A stretch of 64,000 nucleotides of DNA from positions 6,581 to 70,580 of the forward strand of contig JANQLF010000116.1 in the NCBI GenBank assembly GCA_028280785.1, written 5' to 3'. Positions 9,345 through 18,189 of this stretch are shown in pieces. How positions within the stretch are numbered: position 1 is the first letter of the stretch; each line of letters begins with the position of its first letter. Made by a program: the position numbers and the translations under genes. The notes under the pieces were generated by a model. It worked only from the letters and a program-made list of their open reading frames with translations. It ran no database searches and had not been told where the DNA came from. This DNA comes from Planctomycetota bacterium. GTDB taxonomy: Bacteria > Planctomycetota > UBA11346.

Positions 9345-12089
9345 ATGTCTGATGATCCGGTTGTTGATGCTTTAGCGCAGTTTTTAGATGATGAACAGGT
9401 GAAATCTGATCTGGCCGATCGCTTGCAGTGGGCCGGTGATGCGAGCATTTATCATATGATTCCGCGCATCGTGGTCTTTCCACGCATGGCCGAAGAAGTC
9501 CAGGTCATCATTGGTGTTGCTGCTCATTTTAATTTGCCAGTGTGCTTTCGTGCTGGTGGCACGAGTTTATCCGGGCAATCGGTGACGCGCGGTATTTTAA
9601 TCGTGGTCAGTCGATTTATGCGGCGCATCCGCGTGAAAAATGATGGCGCCGAAGTCGCATGCGGACCGGGAGCTGTTGGTTCGTGGGTTAATGCGGCGTT
9701 AGCCAAATATCAAAAGCGCATCGGTCCTGATCCAGCGAGTATCCAAGCAGCAGAAATTGGTGGCATCGTTGCCAATAACGCCAGTGGAATGTGCTGCGGT
9801 ATTCATGAAAATTCGTATCAGACGGTAACTAATTTAGATTTAGTCTTGGCCAATGGTTATCGCCTACAGACCGGAACGGAACAAGACAATAAACAATTAG
9901 AAGAAGAGCAGCCTGAAATTTATGAGGGGCTTATTGCTATTCGTGATCGCGTCCGTGCTAATGAACAATTGAGTGCGCAGATTAAAAAAGCCTTTAGCAC
10001 GAAAAATACCGTTGGTTATAGTCTCAATGCATTTTTAGATGCGGACGAGCCTGCAGCGATTTTGCAAAAATTAGTAGTTGGCAGTGAAGGTACCTTGGCC
10101 TTTATCAATGAAGCAACGTTTCGCACCATTGATTTACCATCACATCGATCCACTGCGCTTTTATTATTTAAAACTGTAGAAGACGCGGGTGACGCCGTGG
10201 ATGCACTCGCGCAAAGTGGTGCTGCTGCTGTTGAATTATTAGATGCATTAAGCTTACGCCGCGTTGAAGAAAAATTACCAGAGGCCTTGCCTGCGGGCGA
10301 TGAGACCGCTGCGTTATTGGTCGAATACCAAGAGCAAGAAGAAGCGAAATTATTGAAGCGCGTTGAAGAGGCTGAACAGCTTTGTGCGGTACTTGCCTTA
10401 GTTAGTCCTGCAAAATTCACCGGTGACCCACATGTGCAAGCACAATTATGGTCGGTGCGCAAAGGATTATTCCCGTCAGTCGGTGCAGTGCGTAAAGCAA
10501 AAACCGCAGTGGTAATTGAAGACATCACCTTTCCAGTTGATCAACTTGCCCAAGGGGTGCGGGCACTGCGAAAAATATTTGAAGAATACGATTATAATGA
10601 CGGCGTCATTTTTGGTCATGCTAAAGATGGTAATTTACATTTTACGTTAACCCCTGATTTTTCTGATGAACAAGAAGTGGATCGCTATAAACGTTTCATG
10701 GACGCTTTGGCAGAATGTGTTTTGTCGTTTGGTGGTCATTTAAAAGCGGAGCACGGCACCGGACGCAACATGGCGCCGTTTGTTGAAGCGCAGTGGGGTG
10801 TCGAAGCCGTCAATATTATGTACGCGGTTAAAGATTTATTGGACCCGAATGAATTATTGAATCCAGGTGTTTTGCTGACTGATGATAAGCAGGCGCATAT
10901 TAAACATTTAAAAATCATGCCACAGGTTAACGAGATTGTTGACCGATGCATTGAATGCGGATTTTGTGAGCCTGTTTGTCCGAGTCGTGATGCAACGTTA
11001 TCACCACGCCAACGTATTTCCTTATTGCGCCACGCTGCTCAAGGCCCTGAGCAAGAGCATGCGGTAGAGGAAATTTGGCAGCATAAAGGTTTAGATACCT
11101 GTGCCGCTGATGGTATGTGCGCTACAGCTTGTCCGGTCGATATTAATACCGGCGATCTAGTGAAATTTCAGCGTACACAAAAACGTGGTGGCTTTAAAAA
11201 ATGGCTGGCAAAACGCGCGGCGAATAATTTTTCGTTAACCTGTTGGTCAGCGAAGCAGGGGGTGCGGGTTTTACGCTGGGTTGGCTTAAAACGTTTACCA
11301 AAACGCCAAGTGTATTTACCCAAAGCTGCGCCTGCATTTCCAAAAAAATGGACGCAAGACGGTGCACGGCGTACATTGGTGTATATGCCAAGTTGTTTAA
11401 GCCGCAGCTTTCACAGCCATGGTTTATCTGCACCGCAAGCCTTGCAAAAAATTGCCGATGCAGCAAATATTGAATTAATAATTCCGCCAAAAGTTGGCTC
11501 GTTGTGTTGTGGGCAGCCATTTGCCTCAAAGGGTTTTCCCGATATTGCAGATCAGATGCAGCTTCGCATTCAAGAACAATTAGCTGCGATTAAACAAGAA
11601 CATGAAAAAGTATTAATTATAGATACCAGTACCTGTGCCAGTCAATTGGAATCAATGAAAAAAGCTCTGCCTGATTGGGAGATTGTTCATCCTGCTGCGG
11701 CGTTAACCGATATATTTATTCCGGTCTTGCGTGAAAAAGATGTATTAAAAGAAGCATCGCTCGATGTGATTTTACATCCAACCTGTAGCGAACGTAAGCA
11801 TAATTGGATGAGTGAGCTGAGCGCGAGTGCAAATAGCGTCGCTGATGCCATCGTACCAGCGGATGGTGGCTGTTGTGGTATGGCAGGTGATCGTGGTTGG
11901 TTGGAACCTAGTCTAACGGCCGCCGCAACCGCACGCGAAGCAGCGGAAGTAATGGCGATTACTGAGCAAAAAACGATACAAAAGTCAGCTTGCACCAATA
12001 TGGCATGTGGATTAGCCCTTGAAGCGGGTACCGGTAATGCGTATGAACATCTGTGGTCATTGGTGGCCGAACAGATAAAAGAAAGCTAA
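9345..12089 (+). CDS. FAD-binding and (Fe-S)-binding oxidoreductase (Fe-S D-lactate dehydrogenase, Dld-II type)
   Basis: FRAGGTSLSGQ, GPDPAS, GSEGTL, FGHAKDGNLHF, KAEHGTGRN, CIECGFCEPVCP, CAADGMCATACP and CCG domains. Confidence 0.9.
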   Translation: MSDDPVVDALAQFLDDEQVKSDLADRLQWAGDASIYHMIPRIVVFPRMAEEVQVIIGVAAHFNLPVCFRAGGTSLSGQSVTRGILIVVSRFMRRIRVKNDGAEVACGPGAVGSWVNAALAKYQKRIGPDPASIQAAEIGGIVANNASGMCCGIHENSYQTVTNLDLVLANGYRLQTGTEQDNKQLEEEQPEIYEGLIAIRDRVRANEQLSAQIKKAFSTKNTVGYSLNAFLDADEPAAILQKLVVGSEGTLAFINEATFRTIDLPSHRSTALLLFKTVEDAGDAVDALAQSGAAAVELLDALSLRRVEEKLPEALPAGDETAALLVEYQEQEEAKLLKRVEEAEQLCAVLALVSPAKFTGDPHVQAQLWSVRKGLFPSVGAVRKAKTAVVIEDITFPVDQLAQGVRALRKIFEEYDYNDGVIFGHAKDGNLHFTLTPDFSDEQEVDRYKRFMDALAECVLSFGGHLKAEHGTGRNMAPFVEAQWGVEAVNIMYAVKDLLDPNELLNPGVLLTDDKQAHIKHLKIMPQVNEIVDRCIECGFCEPVCPSRDATLSPRQRISLLRHAAQGPEQEHAVEEIWQHKGLDTCAADGMCATACPVDINTGDLVKFQRTQKRGGFKKWLAKRAANNFSLTCWSAKQGVRVLRWVGLKRLPKRQVYLPKAAPAFPKKWTQDGARRTLVYMPSCLSRSFHSHGLSAPQALQKIADAANIELIIPPKVGSLCCGQPFASKGFPDIADQMQLRIQEQLAAIKQEHEKVLIIDTSTCASQLESMKKALPDWEIVHPAAALTDIFIPVLREKDVLKEASLDVILHPTCSERKHNWMSELSASANSVADAIVPADGGCCGMAGDRGWLEPSLTAAATAREAAEVMAITEQKTIQKSACTNMACGLALEAGTGNAYEHLWSLVAEQIKES

Positions 12090-12091
12090 GT

Positions 12092-13438
12092 ATGCCGCAA
12101 CAACAGCGTCCAAATATTTTATTGGTCATGACCGACCAGCAGCGCTTTGATACCATTCAAGCCTTGGGAACTAATTTTTCTGCCGAAACACCCACCATGG
12201 ATTTTTTGGCGCGTGAAGGGATTACCTTCGACAGTTGTTTTTGCACCGCGCCAATTTGTTCGCCATCGCGCTCTACGGTGATGACCGGTTTATTCCCAAG
12301 CCAAGCCGGCATGTCTGGGAATTTATACGCACCGTGTCCACCACTGAATCCGTGCATTCCAACCATTGGCAAATTATTTCGCAACGCTGGTTACGAAACT
12401 GCTTATCATGGTAAATGGCACATGGGTGGTGATGTCAAAGATTACGGTTTTGAAGTTGGTGAAGAAACGACACACGATGAGACTGCGCGTTTAATGGCCA
12501 GTCGTTTTTGGCGCGACCGCGACTGGATGGAAAATGAACGTCCATTCTGCCATGTTGTTTCCTTTATTAATCCACATGATCATTATTTTTATGATCCTGA
12601 TAAAACAGTCGCCGACTATCAGCGTCCATGGAAGAATTTAGATCGCGATGTCAGTAATGTACCGACTCCGGCAACCAATGGCATGGTTGATTGGCCAGAA
12701 GAACGTTGGGGTGCTTACGCCGAATTTTACAGCGAGCAATTAGAGCGCCTCGATAAAGACCTCTATGAATTATTACATCAATTTAAAACTGGTGGTTTTT
12801 ATAATAACTCTTGGATAATTTTCACGACCGATCACGGTGATATGGCTGGCGAACATAATTTAGCCTTTAAGGGCTCATACATGTACGAAGGCCAAGTGCG
12901 CATCCCGCTAATTATTATTCCACCAATGACGCGCTTTGCTGGCGCCGATCGCAGTGGCAGCTTTAAACACGACATTGAAACGAATAAACAAGTCAGTGCT
13001 TTGTGTAGTAATATAGATATTTTACCAACCATGCTCGACATCGCCGGCATTGAACAGCCAGCTAATATTCCAGGAAAAAGTTTATTATCGCACGTCAAAG
13101 ACGGAGTAGATGAGGATAACCACGACTGTGTCTTTGCTGAATGGCATTTACCACCAATTCGCATGGCGCGCACATCAAAATGGAAATATGTGCGTTATTT
13201 AAAACAAGGTGAAGAATTATACGACCTCACCAACGATCCACATGAATGTGTGAATCTTGCTGATAATAATGAATATGTTGGTCAATTAGACGAAATGCGT
13301 GAGCGCTTAGATAAACATATCGCCGAAACTAAAGATCCGTTTAACGACTTAGACAAGCACGAATTTATTTACAATCCAAGCGCACATACCAAGCGCGGCA
13401 CCACCGATAATTTTAAATCGGGCAAGGCTGAAAAATAA
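12092..13438 (+). CDS. Sulfatase (S1, Cys-type formylglycine)
   Basis: PNILLVMTDQQR, CSPSR, GKWH, TDHGD, ELYDL..DP.E. Confidence 0.93.
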   Translation: MPQQQRPNILLVMTDQQRFDTIQALGTNFSAETPTMDFLAREGITFDSCFCTAPICSPSRSTVMTGLFPSQAGMSGNLYAPCPPLNPCIPTIGKLFRNAGYETAYHGKWHMGGDVKDYGFEVGEETTHDETARLMASRFWRDRDWMENERPFCHVVSFINPHDHYFYDPDKTVADYQRPWKNLDRDVSNVPTPATNGMVDWPEERWGAYAEFYSEQLERLDKDLYELLHQFKTGGFYNNSWIIFTTDHGDMAGEHNLAFKGSYMYEGQVRIPLIIIPPMTRFAGADRSGSFKHDIETNKQVSALCSNIDILPTMLDIAGIEQPANIPGKSLLSHVKDGVDEDNHDCVFAEWHLPPIRMARTSKWKYVRYLKQGEELYDLTNDPHECVNLADNNEYVGQLDEMRERLDKHIAETKDPFNDLDKHEFIYNPSAHTKRGTTDNFKSGKAEK

Positions 13439-13444
13439 GAACTA

Positions 13445-14239
13445 TTATTCCCAATTAGGCAGGGTGCTCGGATCAATAGCGCCCATGGCCATAAAATGTG
13501 GGTTAAGAATATTTTCTTTATTATATTCCAAGCTGTGACCATCACTTTTTACAATCGAGCCACCGGCAGCCAATAATACAGCGTGTGCAGCAGCAGTATC
13601 CCATTCACTGGTCAATCCTATGCGCGGATAAATATCTGCTGATCCGTCAGCGACATGGCAAATTTTTAATGATGAACCTACTGATTTACACTGAACGTTG
13701 CCACAGCGTTTAATAAATGACTCTAATTCTTCACTCCGATGCGAACGACTTGCTACAATTTTCAATGGGTCGCTGTCTTGTTTTTCATAAACCTTAATGT
13801 CATCGCGTTTCCCTTTATCCTCCAACCAAGCGCTTTGATTAACAAGACCACCATAAGTGAGGTTTAATGCTGGGGCGTGAACGATACCTAACGTTGGTTC
13901 ACAATTTTCAATTAGTGCAATATTAACGGTAAATTCACCGTTCTTTTTGATGAATTCTTTCGTGCCATCGAGAGGATCGACGAGCCAAAACGTAGTCCAG
14001 TCCTTGCGCTCTTCATAAGTAATGCTTTTGGATTCTTCAGATAGTATGGGAATATCTGGAGTAAGTTCTTGTAGTGCACTGAAAATAATATTATGCGCGG
14101 CGGTGTCAGCGGCTGTGAGTGGAGAACGGTCATCTTTATCGACAAATGCAATATCTGTGTCTTGATAAATTTCCATAATCGCATCACCGGCCTGCTTTGC
14201 GATGCTTTGAATGTCTATTATTAGTTTTTGTTTATCCAT
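13445..14239 (-). CDS. cysQ: 3'(2'),5'-bisphosphate nucleotidase CysQ
   Basis: SPLTAAD, LSEE, DPLDGTKEFI, GEFTVNIAL, SRSH, GSSLK, EWDTAA. Confidence 0.93.
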   Translation of the reverse strand: MDKQKLIIDIQSIAKQAGDAIMEIYQDTDIAFVDKDDRSPLTAADTAAHNIIFSALQELTPDIPILSEESKSITYEERKDWTTFWLVDPLDGTKEFIKKNGEFTVNIALIENCEPTLGIVHAPALNLTYGGLVNQSAWLEDKGKRDDIKVYEKQDSDPLKIVASRSHRSEELESFIKRCGNVQCKSVGSSLKICHVADGSADIYPRIGLTSEWDTAAAHAVLLAAGGSIVKSDGHSLEYNKENILNPHFMAMGAIDPSTLPNWE

Positions 14240-14247
14240 TAAGATTA

Positions 14248-14868
14248 TTATTTATTCAATCCATGAATAAAATTATGATCATGAATATAATCGACTATTT
14301 TTTGTACGCAGTCTTCCACCGATAGTTGCGACGTATCAAGTGCGATATCAGGTTTGGTGGGTGCCTCGTATGCACTGTCGATACCGGTAAAATTTTTAAT
14401 CTCACCGGCGCGCACTTTTTTATACAGACCCTTAGGATCGCGTTCTTCACAAACAGCTAATGGCGTTGAAACATACACTTCGATAAATGGATGTTCACCA
14501 GCGAGTTCGCGTGCAGCCGCACGGTCTTTGGCAAACGGCGAAATAAACGCCGTAATCGCTATCGCACCGGCGTCAGCAAATAAATTAGCTACTTCAGCAC
14601 AGCGACGAATGTTTTCAGTGCGATCCTCGTCAGAGAATCCGAGATCTTTATTCAGGTGATGGCGAACATTATCCCCATCAAGCACGTAAGCGAAGCGGCC
14701 ATTTTGAACCAAGTATTGCTCTAAAGCTCGGCTAACTGTGGATTTCCCTGCTCCACTCAAGCCGGTAAACCAAAAGATGCAGCCCTTTTGCTTAAGCAGC
14801 TGTTCGCGTTGTTCACGTCGAACTAAACTATGATCCCAAGTTAAGTTATCAGACTTTGGTTTACTCAT
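14248..14868 (-). CDS. cysC: Adenylyl-sulfate (APS) kinase
   Basis: WFTGLSGAGKST P-loop, LDGDNVR, DLGFS..DR.ENIRR, RDPKGLY, FTGIDSAYE. Confidence 0.95.
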   Translation of the reverse strand: MSKPKSDNLTWDHSLVRREQREQLLKQKGCIFWFTGLSGAGKSTVSRALEQYLVQNGRFAYVLDGDNVRHHLNKDLGFSDEDRTENIRRCAEVANLFADAGAIAITAFISPFAKDRAAARELAGEHPFIEVYVSTPLAVCEERDPKGLYKKVRAGEIKNFTGIDSAYEAPTKPDIALDTSQLSVEDCVQKIVDYIHDHNFIHGLNK

Positions 14869-14960
14869 TTGCTTGAGCCTAGTGTTTATGTCAAAATGGC
14901 TAGCCTAGATAAGCTTGTTCTTGAGCTCTTGAGATATTCACATATACATTTGGACCCTAG

Positions 14961-15731
14961 ATGAGGTTAGTTATGAGAGTTTTACTTTTGTTCATTATGA
15001 TAAGTAGTGCATGTTGTTTTTCTGCTGAAGAAGGTGTGCCGGCAACTGGTGCAAACGGTTCCCCTAAAGAAGAAAAGCCTGACACCTTTAATCATGATAA
15101 AAATAAGTTTAAAGAAAAAGCAAAGAGGATGAAAGAGGAGCGTAGCCGAGTTGAACGCAATCGAGACAAGAAAAAAAAGAAATTAGTTCAGTTTGCAGCA
15201 GAGGATCTCGAAATGCTTCATGAGATCATGGATACGGATAAAAATGGTGTCTTGAGCAAAGAAGAGCTGAGTGCTTTTAATAAAGCGCAGGAAACCTTAA
15301 TTGTCAAAAAGGAAGAATTGGCTTTCAAAAGAATCGATGTTAATGGTGATGGTGTAATCAGCATAGAAGAACAGGTGAATGCAAAACTAAGTGAAATTCA
15401 TGAAAAAGGCAAGAAGACGCTTTTGATGCTCAAAGAGAAAAGGCCCGAAGAATTTGCTAAACATGACACTGATGGAAATGGTGAAGTAAACGATGAAGAG
15501 TGTGCTGCTTTTACTAAGATTCGTGAGCAAATGGAATCGGACCGAATGAAAAAGCGTGATAAAACTACTTTCATGAAAATGGATGCCGATAAAGATGGCT
15601 TGGTGACCTACCGTGAGTTGCATACTTATGTCGCGACCTTACTTAAGAAGCAGAAGGATGCAGCCAAGCAGCGCAAGGAACAAGCTGGCAAAAAAGAGAT
15701 GCCCAAGCCTCAAACAAAAGAGTCAATGTAA
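14961..15731 (+). CDS. Secreted EF-hand calcium-binding protein
   Basis: Signal peptide. Four canonical loops: DTDKNGVLSKEE, DVNGDGVISIEE, DTDGNGEVNDEE, DADKDGLVTYRE. Lys/Glu-rich helices. Confidence 0.85.
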   Translation: MRLVMRVLLLFIMISSACCFSAEEGVPATGANGSPKEEKPDTFNHDKNKFKEKAKRMKEERSRVERNRDKKKKKLVQFAAEDLEMLHEIMDTDKNGVLSKEELSAFNKAQETLIVKKEELAFKRIDVNGDGVISIEEQVNAKLSEIHEKGKKTLLMLKEKRPEEFAKHDTDGNGEVNDEECAAFTKIREQMESDRMKKRDKTTFMKMDADKDGLVTYRELHTYVATLLKKQKDAAKQRKEQAGKKEMPKPQTKESM

Positions 15732-15765
15732 AAATAAACCCCGATTCTTAATCGGGGTTTATTTT
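15731..15765. terminator. Bidirectional rho-independent terminator
   Basis: aaaataaaccccgatt-ctt-aatcggggtttatttt, a perfect 16-bp stem between convergent genes. Confidence 0.85.
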
Positions 15766-17945
15766 TAGTATGATTCAGGAATATGTTCAAATAAGTCGCT
15801 CAGATGATCTTCGTAGCGTTTCCAACGAGCAACTGATCGTTTATAAATTGGTTGACGTACTTGCATAACGCTTGCTGTTTTAACTGCACGTTTGTTGTTT
15901 TGAAAGTCCAAACAGGTCGGATCATATTCGATATCTAAAAAATTGAAAATACCTTTTGCAGCTGTTTCGAGATCACCCACAGAATCTTCGTAGAAAACAT
16001 CGTGAATCTTACCGGGCATCTGCGCTTCCCAGTGTTTCATGAGGCGTATATAACCATCAATGCGACCTGCGATGTCTTCTGGATTGTTGGCCCAACGAAT
16101 TGCTTTGAATTGAGTTATATAGGCAGAAAGCGCTACATCGCGTAGATTACGGCGACAATTAATGATTTTAGCATTGGGAAATAAAGACATTATTAATCCT
16201 GCATGCATATAATTGTCAGGCATTTTGTCGGTGATGTATGGTTCGCCTTCTGCTAGGTCACGCATTTTATTGAGTGTTTCTTCGGCAAATGCATTTATTT
16301 GAGTTGGATTTAATTGTGTGTAACAAGCGGCTGGGATTTGTTTCATCTGCATGCGACGAGGGAGGCTGTCTGCTAATTGCGCTACGTTAGCTAGTTCTCC
16401 CGCACCAAAAATACTCGGGTGGCCTGAAACAACTTGTTCAATTAATGTTGTTCCTGATCGGGGTACGCCAATGATGAATATTGGAGTTTTGCTATTAACT
16501 CCATGTTGTGCTTTTTCTTTGATTTTTTCGGCAGTGAAATGTTCTATTTGGTTATCAATAAACTTCTTGTGGTGATCGCGATGATAGTGTTCATTTTTGT
16601 GTTCACGCACATGTTGTTGAATAGCATTAGCGGTTCGCATAGTGGTAGCAGCTTCTTCTGCCTCTTTTTTCGCATCTAATACTGATGCCAACGTGTAATT
16701 TGCAGTCATGCGACCAACTTCATGGATGCTGAGGTTATTTGCTTGTTCTTTTAAAACAGCAACTTCTTCATCAGTTGTTTCAGCTCGTTTTGTCGCAGCG
16801 ACATAGTGTAATGCAGCAGGATTTTTGGGGTGCAATTTTAATACTTCACGTGCGAAATGAACACACTCTTCAATTTTTCCTTTTTCGTAATACCAACGTG
16901 AAGTGGTTAACAAGCAGCCTACTCGGTCACCAGGTAACTGTTGAGCTTCTTCCAATAACTCTAGTGCTTCATCATAGCGTTGTAATTCCATGAGTGCATT
17001 GGCGTATCCGACTTTCGGGTCTGATAAGTTTGGTGCACAGTCGATGGCTCGTTTAAATGCGGCTATCGCATCATCATAACGCATACGGTCTGCATACAGA
17101 CCACCTAAGAGTCCATGATAGCGTGCTTCTTTTGGTGCAAGTTTGCTTGCATGTAAAAACGCTTGCTCTGCTGGTTCTAATCTGCCAATTGATTGTAATG
17201 TTTGACCGACGTTGCAATGGGTTATGGCTAAATCTGGATTAATAGAGAGGGATCTATCATAGAGCGCCAAGGCAACATCAGGATTACCACGAACGCGAAA
17301 TACATTAGCTAGATTGTTGTGTGCTTCAGGAAGCTCGGGGCCCAAGGCCGCTGCAATTTGGCATTGGCATAGTGCTTCATCAACTCGACCACAATCAAGC
17401 AGAGCTTGGCCATAATTACATAACGCCGGAGCAAATCCTGGGCTTGCTTTGACAGCGTCTTCGAAGGCGCTTAATGCAGCCTCAATTCCTTTGGTTTGTC
17501 TCAGGAAATTTGCTAAATTATTATAAGCACCAGTGCTCTTCGGATTTATTTCAATGGCCTTACGGAAAAGTGCTTCGATTTCCTCAGGCTCACTGCGTTT
17601 TTGCATTAAGACTACACCAAGAATATTATATGCCTCTCCAGTGTTGCTATTTAGTGCGATGGCTTTCCGTGCATGCTTTTCACATGATTCTATATCACCA
17701 ACGGTACGGTAGGCATCGGCTAAATTGGAGTGATAGGTGGCTTCGCCCGGTTTTATTTCAGTGGCTGCACGCATCTTTTCGATGCCAGTATGATGGTCAC
17801 CGCTTTGGTGCGCTATGACTCCAAGTAAGTGGAGGGCATCAGGATTCTTGGGGTTAATACTTAAAGCATTATTATAACATTGGATAGCTTCTTGAATGCG
17901 GCCTGCTTTATGGTGTACAACGCCGTTATCTACTTCACTTGGCAT
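15765..17945 (-). CDS. TPR-repeat-containing PAPS-dependent sulfotransferase (Sulfotransfer_3 / TPST-like)
   Basis: About 11 TPR repeats (e.g. ALHLLGVI, AYNNLANF, AHNNLANV), then 5'-PSB GVPRSGTTLIEQ, DKMP.N, 3'-PB RNLRDVALS, and TAS..QVRQPIY. Confidence 0.92.
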   Translation of the reverse strand: MPSEVDNGVVHHKAGRIQEAIQCYNNALSINPKNPDALHLLGVIAHQSGDHHTGIEKMRAATEIKPGEATYHSNLADAYRTVGDIESCEKHARKAIALNSNTGEAYNILGVVLMQKRSEPEEIEALFRKAIEINPKSTGAYNNLANFLRQTKGIEAALSAFEDAVKASPGFAPALCNYGQALLDCGRVDEALCQCQIAAALGPELPEAHNNLANVFRVRGNPDVALALYDRSLSINPDLAITHCNVGQTLQSIGRLEPAEQAFLHASKLAPKEARYHGLLGGLYADRMRYDDAIAAFKRAIDCAPNLSDPKVGYANALMELQRYDEALELLEEAQQLPGDRVGCLLTTSRWYYEKGKIEECVHFAREVLKLHPKNPAALHYVAATKRAETTDEEVAVLKEQANNLSIHEVGRMTANYTLASVLDAKKEAEEAATTMRTANAIQQHVREHKNEHYHRDHHKKFIDNQIEHFTAEKIKEKAQHGVNSKTPIFIIGVPRSGTTLIEQVVSGHPSIFGAGELANVAQLADSLPRRMQMKQIPAACYTQLNPTQINAFAEETLNKMRDLAEGEPYITDKMPDNYMHAGLIMSLFPNAKIINCRRNLRDVALSAYITQFKAIRWANNPEDIAGRIDGYIRLMKHWEAQMPGKIHDVFYEDSVGDLETAAKGIFNFLDIEYDPTCLDFQNNKRAVKTASVMQVRQPIYKRSVARWKRYEDHLSDLFEHIPESY

Positions 17946-18189
17946 AATGATTATCCCATCAAAGGTGAGGAAGGGTTAGGCAGGATGAAGGGAATTTTGT
18001 CAAGACAATACTCAGGGTTAAGGGGTGGTGTGACGCAGCTCACTATAGGATCTTACCAAACTCCATGCCTGATGATTGACCCTGCGTGACTACGTTATAA
18101 AAGTGCTAGTTCACGTTGAATTGGGTGATGAAAATTCTATTTCAAACTTTTTAACGTGTTTTTTAACATGACATTAAAGGACATTCCTT

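Noticed and set aside
10016-11998. Antisense and alternative-frame ORFs of 60-170 aa within long genes (here and throughout the window)
   Set aside because: They are fully nested in well-supported CDSs and have no motifs or RBS.
18076-18101. TTGACC...TATAAA as a sigma70 promoter for the Gly-rich gene
   Set aside because: The spacer is only 14 nt, so it is not supportable.
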